NCBI GenBank assembly: GCA_012295275.1
Contig: CM022678.1
Span: forward strand, 3,038,001-3,102,000
Reading direction: 5' to 3'
DNA from: Chrysomallon squamiferum
Lineage: Eukaryota > Animalia > Mollusca
Length of the DNA stretch: 64,000 nt
Under the pieces are notes generated by a model. It saw only the letters and a program-made list of their open reading frames with translations. It was not told the DNA's origin and did not search any database. Positions 53,116 to 64,000 of the stretch are shown piece after piece. Position numbers and translations under genes: made by a program. Position 1 is the stretch's first letter. Each line of letters starts with the position of its first letter.

Positions 53116-53250
53116 GTGAGCCTAACTGTAACAATCATGGTATCTGTACTAGATCAGGAAACCAGTCAATCTGTGTGTGTGACCCAGGGTTCGAGGGAGA
53201 AGAGTGCAGGTCTATGGTCTGTCCCGGAACACCTTCATGCAGTGGAAATG
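53116..53250 (+). CDS. Exon 54, EGF-like repeat
   Basis: atag|gtgag ... aatg|gtaag, phase 1/1. Confidence 0.88.
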
Positions 53251-53561
53251 GTAAGCATTCCTCCGTTCTGATTTTTGTTCAACATTTTAAAAATATCTCT
53301 TTTGTTATTTTTTTAAATTATTTTTTGTAAGTTGACTTATTTCTTGTTTGGAGGAGTTTGTTTTTAAATATATGTCTATTTATATATGGTGTGTGTATGC
53401 GAGAGTGAGTGTGTGTGTGTGCTGTGTGTGTGTGTGTGTGTGTGTTTGCACATGTGTTTATGTATGTTCCTCTGTGGGTATGATTTTAACATAATAATTT
53501 ATAAAATATATTGATTTGAGTTTCTGTTTTTGGTGTCACATGTTGGAGTTTTCACATTCGT

Positions 53562-53605
<44 letters not shown>

Positions 53606-53958
53606 TCATCCACAAACACTCACACAAACACGTACATACACAGCAAATCCAAACAAAAATAAACACACCACATATTTGTAACAACAACTGACACATGTGT
53701 GCTTACATTCAGATTTTATATTTTATATTTTCTAGCTACGAAAGACATGCACGCACATACATACAGATGTAATTTAATATTTATATCTCTAGCTGTGATA
53801 TACACACATACATATATACATACACAGAAATATAAATGTTATTTTTAATATTTCTAGTTGTGACAGACACACATACATACAAATATAAATTTTATATTTC
53901 TATGACAGAAACACACACATATATACATGTATATACATTTTATATTTTGCATTTCTAG

Positions 53959-54147
53959 GTATGTGTACTCTATTACCAAACACAACAACACCAGTGTGCG
54001 TTTGTAATCATGGATTTGGAGGTGTTGCATGCGACCACTGTCTACCTCACTTCACAGGACAACAATGTGACCACTGCAAGCCTGGCTACATCGGCTACAA
54101 CAACAGCTGCAGTGTTCTTTGTCTTCATGGACATTCAGTACCTAAAG
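53959..54147 (+). CDS. Exon 55, EGF/laminin-EGF-like
   Basis: ctag|gtatg ... aaag|gtgct, phase 1/1; CDHCLPHFTGQQCDHCKPGY. Confidence 0.87.
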
Positions 54148-54487
54148 GTGCTTACAGACATAAATAATTTGTTTAGATGTTATTCTCACTCATTAATAAA
54201 ATTTGGCCTCTAGTTTTATAAATGTGTATGTTAGTATGTTAACCTTTATTTATTTATTTATTTATTATTATTATTATTATTAGTAGTAGTAGTAGTATTG
54301 TTATTATTATTGTGGTACTTATTATTTTATCTTCAGAATCATTATTATTTTTACAACTATTACTACTACTGCTACTACTACTACTACTACTACTACCACT
54401 ACTACTATTGCTATTATTATTATTGTTATCATCATTATCATCACCATTATTATTATTATTTTTGTTATTATTACGCTTATGAATATT

Positions 54488-54531
<44 letters not shown>

Positions 54532-54556
54532 TATATATCATATATTGTACATTCAG

Positions 54557-54670
54557 GAAGTGACAACTGTGTGTGTTATGATGACCAGAAGGATGGACAC
54601 TGGTCAGGAGACAGTTGTGACACATGTCAACTTGGATGGGCTCCACCAAGCTGTAACAAATGTGCTAAAG
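54557..54670 (+). CDS. Exon 56, laminin-EGF-like
   Basis: tcag|gaagt ... aaag|gtttg, phase 1/1; GHWSGDSCDTCQLGW. Confidence 0.87.
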
Positions 54671-54746
54671 GTTTGTACATAACACTAAATGTTTATTTTA
54701 ATTTTATTTATTTATTTATTTATTTATTTATTGATTTCTTGCTTCA

Positions 54747-54818
<72 letters not shown>

Positions 54819-55209
54819 TACTACTACTATCATCATCATTATATTATTATTATTATTATTATTTTTGTTGTGCATCTGTCTGTCGTTTCTGTACATTTGT
54901 CTGTTTTCTAAAAACATACTGTTACTAACACTGGACTCTCAACCCATCTTTCTTCTTTCTTTCATGTAAGCTCCTCTCTCATTCTGTTTCTGTTTCTTGA
55001 ATTATTTATTTATTTTATTTTATGTATCTATATGCATATTTATTTCTCATTCTATTTCTTATTTATTTCAATAAACATTGACAACAAAATTCTTGATCTA
55101 ACACATTGTTATTTGTATGTTTGTTTGTTTATTTATTTAATTTTTATATATTTTTATTTCTTTATTTCTTTATTTCTTTATTGTTATATATTTATATATA
55201 TTTATTTAG

Positions 55210-55492
55210 ATTTTGTTGGACTATCCTGTAACATTCCCTGTATAACAGACCATGGAATTTACAAAGATAAATTTGATGGAGACAGTGGGACAGAAAATGT
55301 TATTCCACAATTCCAGTGTGTCTCCAACAGCTCAGGAGAATACACTGCTTGGTTTGGCTACAACAACCTCAACAGTCACAATGTCTACATTCCAGAAGGG
55401 CAGTCCAACAAACTGACTGGGGTGGGGTTCACAGCAGTCCCTCTCCCTACCAAGTTCCGCCCTGGTTTTGTGAAGTATGCTTTTGCTGTCAG
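55210..55492 (+). CDS. Exon 57, non-EGF beta domain
   Basis: ttag|atttt ... tcag|gtagg, phase 1/2; PQFQCV...YTAWFGYNNLN...PTKFRPG. Confidence 0.87.
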
Positions 55493-55509
55493 GTAGGGAA
55501 TATCAGCTT

Positions 55510-55640
55510 ATTATTGCCTTACTTTTCCTATCCCATCCAGGGCTTCACTTCAGAGTAAATAAAGCATGGATTTTTTATCTGTGGGTTGGCATGTACGAAA
55601 AAAGATATTTTGCTGCTAATTGACATGAGAAGTCCACACA
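55510..55640 (+). mobile_element. SINE core fragment (MESC/Meta-like)
   Basis: tctgtgggttggcatgtacgaaaaaagatattttgctgctaattga resembles the recalled mollusc SINE core TGTGGGATGGTGCATATAAAAGATCCCTTGCTGCTAATCGA. Confidence 0.45.
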
Positions 55641-55739
55641 CAATGTTTGTAGTTGATTATCATTTATCTATTATTAGTATAACACTCATGGACATACACA
55701 CATATACATCCACCATCATGTACAAAAAACCCAAACACA

Positions 55740-55775
<36 letters not shown>

Positions 55776-56244
55776 TATTTTTATACACACACACACACAC
55801 ACATACATACATATATTCAAACAAACACGCACACACACAAAAACACACACACACATATATAAATATACACTTTCATACACATGCAAAAATATATATTTAA
55901 TACCCAAACAAGATATATTTTAAACTGATATTATTTATTTTACATTGTCTATTTAAGCAATTGCTTTCTTAAGTTTCTCAAGAAAAAAAAGTTGTTTTAA
56001 ATTTGTTACTATTATATTATTACTATTACTATTGCCACTATTATTATTACTATCATTCTTCTTCTTCATCTTCTTATCCTTCTTCTTCGTCTTATTATTA
56101 TCATTATTATTATAACTTTTTTGTTTTGTTGTTGTTGTTGTTGTTGTTACTACCACTACTACTACTACTACTACTACTGCTATTATTATTATTAATATTA
56201 ATATTGTTATTGTTATTATTATTGAACTATTATTATTATTACAG

Positions 56245-56371
56245 TTCTTTGACATCAAGCAGCTCCATCTACTGGTATTTTGCTTACATGAAGTCAAACA
56301 GAGAATTTACCACAGGAATTAACATGACAGACATAAATGAGAATCAGTTCTGTACTTACCTCCCTGTCCTT
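56245..56371 (+). CDS. Exon 58
   Basis: acag|ttct ... ctt|gtgag, phase 2/0; bridges the phases of exons 57 and 59. Confidence 0.8.
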
Positions 56372-56751
56372 GTGAGTTGTTCATTATAAAAAATATAAAT
56401 ATACACATGTATATAATATTTTTTACTAGCAATAATGATAACATATTTAACAGATCATTAAAATGATAAAATGTTTAAATGAATATTTATTTGGGAAGAA
56501 GGATTTGAGAAAACAGAAAGAATATACATTCTTCATTGTTGTTGTTGTTTCTATTATTATTATTATTATTATTGTTTTTGTTAGTTGCTCTAACTGCTAT
56601 TATTGTTACCAAGTAATCATAAGTATTGTTATTATTTTCATCATCATCATAATTGTTATTTTTGCTGTTATTATTATTATTGTTATTATTATGTAACTGA
56701 TATTATCATCATATCATCATTATATAATTACTGTTGTTTTGTTATTATCAG

Positions 56752-59700
56752 GATGACAGAGATACTAGAGAAGAAACAGCAATGTGTTACTGTTTGTCTG
56801 GTTACTGGGGAAATGCATGTGAACATGAATGCCCAGGAGGTTCTAGTAATCCTTGTTATGGAAACGGGCTTTGTGATCCTGCCACAGGTCACTGCTCCTG
56901 CTATGCCAATGCTCAAGCAGAAACAAACTGCAGCACTTGTCAGCCAGGTTGGTTTGGTTCTGACTGTGCTGTTGCTCACAGCGATGCTGAAGTAGATCTA
57001 CATTCCAGACATTACGGCCGTGCATATAGCAGTGGTTACTTCATGACATTTGATGGCTCAACATACAGCTACCACAACACTGGTGAACATGTAGTGGTAG
57101 ACACTACAACAACACCAGGGACAGTGTTGAAAATTCACTGCATGTTGGTGATGTCTTCTGCCAACGAGGCTGGAGTTGTTATTCAAGCTGTTGCCATAGT
57201 GATTGAAACAAACACCATTGAGATATACAGCAAGGAAAACCATTTCATGATAATTTACAATGGGAAAGAAGTAAACATTCTTGGATCAGAGCTTGCTGTA
57301 GCTGATGGAGTGAAGTGTGAAATGATAACAGCGAGACAGGTGAGAGTTTTCATACACAGTGATGTGGTGGTTGATGTCTTCATTCAAACTGTCAGTCTTG
57401 ACCTGCAAGTCAAACTGGCCTACAGCATCTGCAACAAAACAACAGGACTTCTCTCATCATGCAGTGGATCTCCGTTTGATGACTTCAGACTCAAATCTGG
57501 AACAGTCCTGACCTCCACATCAGCTCCATACCTAAACCAAGTCTCCATCCACAGAGAGTTTGGCTTGTCATTCTACGTTAAACCAGAAAATACAGTTTTC
57601 TTGTACCAGCAGAGCATGGTTGATTCTCAAGGATACAGCCTCAAGTTTAACAAGACAAATGCAGTGAGTGAGCCACTGAGGATCTTCACCAGTTACGATG
57701 CATCAGTTGAGATTAAATTCAAAACCTCAGTCGAATCAGATACTTGCCAAACAGTTTGGTCCTTCAGGAAAAATGATGTCATTTCACTGTTGATCTGCAA
57801 TCGTCACATCGCAGTCTACTTTGAAGGAAATCTGTACAATTCACATTCATTGTCAGTGACTGCTGATGTCTGGCATCATCTGGCTGTTGTCTGGTCTGAT
57901 ACATCTCGAGTGATCAGCCTGTTTCTACTCAGAGACTCAGTTCACATGGCCTCAGACACTGTAACAATATCAACAAAAGGACATCCATTCATAAACTCTG
58001 GAACATTAATGATTGGGCAGTGGAATCCTGTTTTCACTCATCCTGAGAAGCTATATTGGAGTTTCTATGGAATGATAGATGATGTCAGAGTTTGGCAGGC
58101 AGCAATAACAGTGGTACAGATCAGGAAGTATTACAAGGAGGTGATAATCAGAGAGGCAAGTTTGGCTTGTCACTGGAGACTTGACGAAGGTTCAGGAATC
58201 ACTGCCACTGATGCTGTTGTTGGTCTCAGTTTGTCCATGATGAAAGATCCTTGGTGGAAACCAGAGTGGGTTAGGTCAGAGTTCAGATACACCTACCCAT
58301 CTTCTCACATAAACATTTATCATCATCAAGCTGATCGAAATTCAGCTGCTGAATTCTGTTCTTCACTTATATATTCCTCTCTAATAAATGCCTCTTGTAA
58401 TTCTCTGGGTCCTGCTTTCATCACTGCAATCTATCACCAGTGTGTGTTCAACTCTCTTTCATTCCACAACAACCAGTACTCTCTCGAAGTTATCCTTGCT
58501 TTAGCTGATTCATGTCAGTTTTACAACCAGCTGGGAGCCTGGCCTGCCCAGTCATTTTGTAACCTCTTCCCACAAAGATATTTCCCTCTGTGGACAGGAA
58601 CACACTGCTACACAAAATGTGTGTTTGGTATTCCTAACAACAAGAATTCACTTTGTCAGTGTCTATCAGGATTCTTTGGTTCATCATGCAGTGAAAAGTG
58701 TCCCTTTAGTGAAGGAAAACCTTGCAACTCTGGCACCTGTAAATCAGATGGAACTTGCATTTGTCCCAGAAACCGTATCCATGACAACTGTGATGCCTGT
58801 GCTGAAGGGTGGACTGGACGTGACTGCAGTCAGGTAGTGACTACTCTTAGTGAAAACCTGGATAACTATCTCTGTTTAGTCTATGGTTACTCTCACTTCA
58901 CAATGTTTGATGGACAAGTGTACAGTCTGCAGAGATCTGGAGAGTTTCTGCTGTTTGAAGAAGGAAATATGACAATCAGAATCAGACAAGTTCCTTGTCC
59001 AGGAAACAAAGCCATTTGTATTGAACAGCTGTGGATATCTGACAGCCAGGGAAATGTATCTATAACAATGGCACAGAAACAATCATCTTTTCTTGTCTGG
59101 TACAATGGAAATAAAGTTCTATTTGATACATCATACAAAGCCACAGATGAGATAAACTTGAAAAAAGATTCTGACAAGAAAATGGACATTGAGTTAAAAG
59201 ATGCAGTGACTGTCACCTTGTCATTGCACTACACCAGCATAAAAATAACTCTAATAGCTAAGACAACTTCTTGTGGACAAGCTAGAGGACTATGTGGAAA
59301 CTGTGATCACAACCTTGACAATGACTTCATCACATTTAAAGGAAATCTGGCTTTTGCTGATATAACTGCAGAACTCATTAATCAAGATGTGGCAGACTAT
59401 TTCTCTCTTGACATGTCATCTTCATCTGGATTCATTTACTCAGTAGATAACCAATCAGAGCCCAGACATCTGACAGGAGATGGATTCACTCTGGATCTAC
59501 AAGCAGCCAGCTGCTACTCAGAGAAAATAAATTCAATATCAAGTAATGACGATTTAACCTTCAGTGTGAAGATCAATCCAGATCAGGGTGATGGCACTCT
59601 CCTAATATATGAAGCTGCAACACAAATCAAAATCTCTCTCTTGGATGCGAAGATCAGACTAACAATTGGGGACACAACATTCAGCTCTTCTCTAGTTGTC

Positions 59701-62700
59701 ATCATGAAGCAGTGGCAGCATCTTTCTCTGGTTGTAGAACGGAAGACTTCCACAGTTTTCTTATACCACATTACTTCTCAAGGAATTATAACTTCAGAGT
59801 CTTTTGTCTTCAGTGGAACACTATATCTAGCCACAGGTTGTGTTAGAATAGGAGGAGAGAACACAGTAGATGTTATCTTTTATCATGGACTTGTTGATGA
59901 AGTCAGAGTTTGGAACAGAATGTTGAATATTTATGAGATAACACAGTCAGCAAGAAGAACCATAGATAACAAATTTACAGGAATCCAAGCCATTTGGTCA
60001 TTTTCAGAAGGTTCAGGTTACACTTCAAAAGACATTATCGGAGGTATTAAGATGTTCTTGCCTTTAAACGGTTTCAGGTGGACATACAGCAACCTAATGT
60101 GGACACTGCATGATCAGATCTATCCACCCCTGTATCGCTGGCCAACCACAAACATCAAATCATGTGAACGACTTTTAACTGATACTTCATTGACTGATCC
60201 ATGTAGTGGTCTGGGAAATGGCTTTCAGAATTACTTCTACATGGCCTGTGTTTCTGACTCAGTTTATGGAAATTCTGATGAAGGCTCTGCCATTATCACA
60301 ACATTCATTAAATACTGTCAGAAAATTCTGGGACCTGAAAAACCTCCAACCTCAGTGATATGTAAAAATAAAAATGATTCTCTGTACTCAGAGCTGTGTC
60401 TAGGTGACTGTAAATTTGGAAAGACAGATGAAGGTGGACACTGCGTGTGTAAGACTGGATACTGGGGTTACGACTGCAGTTCAGTTTGTCCTGGAGGTGC
60501 AACTAATCCTTGTTATGGAAATGGTTTCTGCAGACCTGACTCAGGTATTTGTGACTGTCAGCCATCTTGGAATTCTTCTGATTCCTGTAAAACCTGCAAT
60601 GAAGAATGGACTGGTCCTGATTGTAAAGAATTCAAACAAAACCTGTTCCAGAAATAGAATTCAAAAATGAAACATGTACAATGTTCGGACATGGAAAGGT
60701 GATTTCATTTTCACAGTCAACAATGAACATGATAAAGCCAGGTGAGTACTACATCTTGAAGAGTTCTAGAAAACAAATTAGACTTGGCATCAAGACTGTA
60801 CCTTGTGACAACCAAGCTCTCTGTATTTCTGCATTTGGAATAGAATCAAAGACAGAATCAGTTGTAATTCGTGCTGCTTATAGCAGATCAAAACTTGGCA
60901 CTGTCTGGATCAATGGCCAGGAAGTCAGAGATCTGACTCAATCACTACAACACTTGACCTTCCAGTGGAGTTCATCTTATGAGTATTTAGTCAGTAGTAG
61001 TAATGTAAACCTTCACATCAAGATTAGAGTACATGGACAACATCTCACATTTAATCTGATGTCAGACCCAGCACAGCTTTGTGATGATTCAACAAACTGT
61101 GGCTTGTGTTCCTACAATGACAGTTCAGAAATCTCAACCTCACTTCCATACAATGCATGGCTGATACCAAAGACAGAAAGTCTCTTCTCAGTTCTTTATG
61201 TCAACAGTGTGTACCGTGAGAAGGACCTGATAACTGCAGCAGGACACTCACTCTTCTTAAACAACTCACCCATTTCTTCTGATGTGCTGCTTGACACCAT
61301 TAAAGAAAATTCAGACTTCACCATTGGTATAATGATAAATCCAGACTCTGCCACTGGTGTTGTTTTGTCGTACAGCTACAAGACTCTGTTTGGAATCTAC
61401 CTCGACATGACACTGAAAATAAGAGCTGGAGTTACTGATTTTGATACTCAACTCAACCCACCTGTTAAAAAATGGACTCAACTGTTTTTGGTGTACACCA
61501 AAGCTCTTCATCAACTTGACATACATATCAGTGACAAGAACAACCAAATTAGATCACATACAGTAACTTTACCCAGAGAATTTGTGTTCAGATCAAAAGG
61601 AATTCTTACCATTGGCGGTTGGTCAGTACCTACTGGGAAACATTTTGATCTGGTGTCGATTGCAGGTTACACAGGTGAAGTGGATGAACTCAAGGTCTGG
61701 CACCAAGCTTTCAGTTACGTTGAAATCCACAACCACATCACTTCAAGAGTTACACTCACTGAAGCAACTTTGTTTAACCACTGGCAGTTCAACGAGGGAG
61801 AAGGAACAGTAATAATGGACATCAAACACAGATACTTCTTTGATTATTATACATATGTCTGGACCATCAACAGACCACAGTGGAGGCTTTCGTATGCACC
61901 AGTAATACTAAAGACCATCATCTCCACTCATAGGTTTAAAGAGTCATCACTTCTGCTAGAAGCAGAAACAAAATGCAAGAGTCTCATATTCCAAACCCAT
62001 TTCCAGAATCAATGTGGAAGTTTGTATACAAATTATGCTGAGCTCTTCTATTCATCATGTCTTGATGACATTGCTGCTTCATCATTAATAGAATCATCAG
62101 CCATCAGTATCATGTCCTTTTCTGATCTGTGTGAAATGACTTATCATCTGGACAAATGGCCTGCCCAGTTTCTGTGTCAAGAGATTGGTCAGTTTTCACC
62201 TTGGACTGGAGTTGACTGTAAAGAGAAGTGTCTCTTCCCAGATTACATGTATGGATCTGGATCAGGTGTGTGTCCATGTAGACAAGGATTCTATGGTGCA
62301 TCATGTTCAGAAATGTGTCCAGGAGGAGTAGCTAATACTTGTAATGGACATGGAATATGTGACCCTTCATCAGGTACATGTATCTGTGACAAGAACTGGG
62401 TCCAGACCAACAATGACAAATCCTGCACAAAGTGTGCTCCAGGTCATCACGGAAAAGACTGCAGCATCGCAATCCAGTCATCCACTTCAACAAAAGGCAT
62501 TCACTTTTGCTCCTTCATAGCAAATGGTCATCTCAGTACTCTCGATGGAGCCATGGTGGACTTGGATTTGGAAGGAATATTCACATTTTACCAGCAAACT
62601 AACATTGGTATATATACTGAAATTAATGTCAGGCCTTGCAAGAAGTTCAAAACTTGCATCTACTCAGCTGCTATTAAAATTTCGGACACCATTGTAGTGG

Positions 62701-64000
62701 CTGCAGCTCTGACTCCAACCACTTTATCAATAAATAATGAAACAATAAACATTGTAGACAAACATAAAATAAACAAAGACTTCACCATGGTTCGACTGGA
62801 CAGGTTTACATATGAACTACGAGGAAAAGCTGGATTCACTCTAAGGTTGCTAATAGAGGAAGGATACCTCAGCCTTCATCTCTCCTCACCAGCAAACCTC
62901 TGTTACAACACTAAAGGATTCTGTGGAGTTTGCCGTCCTTCAGTACAGACTTCATGTTCAGATGGAGATGTTGCTTGTTTGATCAGTTCAGTAGGTCTGT
63001 CATCCTTTGTCCTGCAGCATGCATCACAAACTCTTGATTCTGTTCAGGTTACTGAGTACTACTCCTCACTTGCAGTCCACTTACAGTCCAGCTTGTTTGC
63101 TTCAGTGTCCAACTCACAGGCAAACATCTCAGGCTATGCAGTTCACATAGACAAAGGATGGATGATAACTTCACCCATTCCGGACGACTTACTGAGCAGT
63201 TCTCATCTATGTTTTGAAGTGATGATAAAACTCACTGGAAATGATGGAGAATCCTATAATGGAATTATTTTGTCCTATGCTTTAAAGAAGACCTTTGGTG
63301 TTGCGGTGATAAATGGACATTTCACAGTTTACTTTGGAGAGTCTGTTTTCACTACTGGTCTCTCAGTTGAAGTAAATGTTTGGTCACACATTGCTCTGAT
63401 CTACAGCAGATCCATTGGCAGCCTCATCTTCCATTACATCCACAGTGACAATATCCACAACTATGAGATCATCAACATTGGAATAGGAGCTTTCCCTGGA
63501 GGAGGATCGTTAGCTCTAGGAACATGGCAACTGTCTCCTTCCCTATCAGTCCAGCCAACAGTAAAAACATTCACTGGAATCATTCAAAAGGTTTTCATCT
63601 GGCCAAGACCACTGTCACCATTAGCAATCCTTGCTCACTGGAAATACATTGATACAGTCGTTGCAGACAGTCATCTGATTCTAGGCTGGACCTTCAGCTC
63701 AGGATATGGAAACCAAATACAGGACATCACACAAGGATTTTCTATGGTTTTGTCAAAGTCAGGGACTCAGTGGGTGGTTTCTGATATGAGTATTAGTGTA
63801 AAGGTGACCACAGTCCTTAACAATCTTTACTTGTTGAAAAAGTCTCAAACTTTCTGTGATAAAGTGTTCAATGACAAGACACTCAAGATACCATGTGGAT
63901 CTCTGACAACAGCTGAAAATGTCTACACATCTTCATGTATCCTTGACATTTACAGTTCAGGCAACATTCAGGCTGCTATGGATACAGTGGTAACCTATTC
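56752..64000 (+). CDS. Exon 59 (>7.2 kb, runs off window): 4x [VWD - LamG/pentraxin - C8-like - EGF]; apparent frameshift near 60636
   Basis: tcag|gat, phase 0. ORF 56734-60657, then a shifted frame that I translated by hand and found open to 64000. VWD motifs FMTFDG/FTMFDG/GLCGNC; LamG motifs WHHLAVVW, GMIDDVRVW, WRLDEGSG. Confidence 0.9.

Larger units (their letters stand above)
222..64000 (+). other. Giant multi-exon gene, partial at both ends: glycine-rich ~390-aa repeat array + EGF-like array + VWD/LamG/C8/EGF repeats; predicted extracellular protein >11,000 aa
   Basis: 59 exons with GT-AG boundaries. Intron phases chain consistently end to end once 4 homopolymer frameshifts are allowed. 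Summed exon length is about 33.9 kb. Confidence 0.9.

Noticed and set aside
38502-55250. Naming the gene tenascin, teneurin or MEGF
   Set aside because: Only the EGF array is similar. No FN3, fibrinogen, NHL or YD domains are seen, so no gene symbol is assigned.
822-56696. Dozens of short ORFs rich in poly-I/L/Y, CVCV or HTHT
   Set aside because: They are translations of intronic (TAT)n, (CA)n and (TATG)n microsatellites. The hydrophobic tails on real ORFs (e.g. 1756-2035, 30263-30459) are intron read-through, not TM helices.
13780-60660. Programmed ribosomal frameshifting or pseudogene
   Set aside because: All four shifts are in short homopolymers, with mixed directions and no shared slippery motif. 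There are no nonsense codons elsewhere and splice sites are intact, so assembly error is more parsimonious. Not excluded without reads.

Overview
Eukaryotic genomic DNA from an invertebrate. It is probably a mollusc, inferred from fragments resembling MESC-type SINEs and from AT-rich, microsatellite-laden introns. The whole window lies inside ONE giant + strand gene with no start or stop in view. I traced 59 GT-AG exons by hand (222 to >64000) with consistent intron phases, about 33.9 kb of CDS or roughly 11,300 aa. Architecture: (1) about 7,000 aa of 18 tandem ~390-aa units, each a glycine-rich module (Y/FGS..P...GSGGG / GGGSGGSI / GGGGGGRIAV / GGPGTVY) plus a beta-strand-rich module (GDxTGxLH); (2) about 1,750 aa of tenascin-type EGF-like repeats; (3) a small non-EGF domain resembling a bacterial surface-protein module; (4) at least four VWD-LamG/pentraxin-C8-EGF units in one exon of >7.2 kb. 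Four single frameshifts lie in homopolymer runs and are probably consensus errors. Introns carry a TIR-bounded Tigger/pogo element, a MER46/Tigger4-like MITE, SINE fragments, minisatellites and an in-frame duplicated splice acceptor. Most short ORFs in the supplied track are microsatellite or antisense artefacts.
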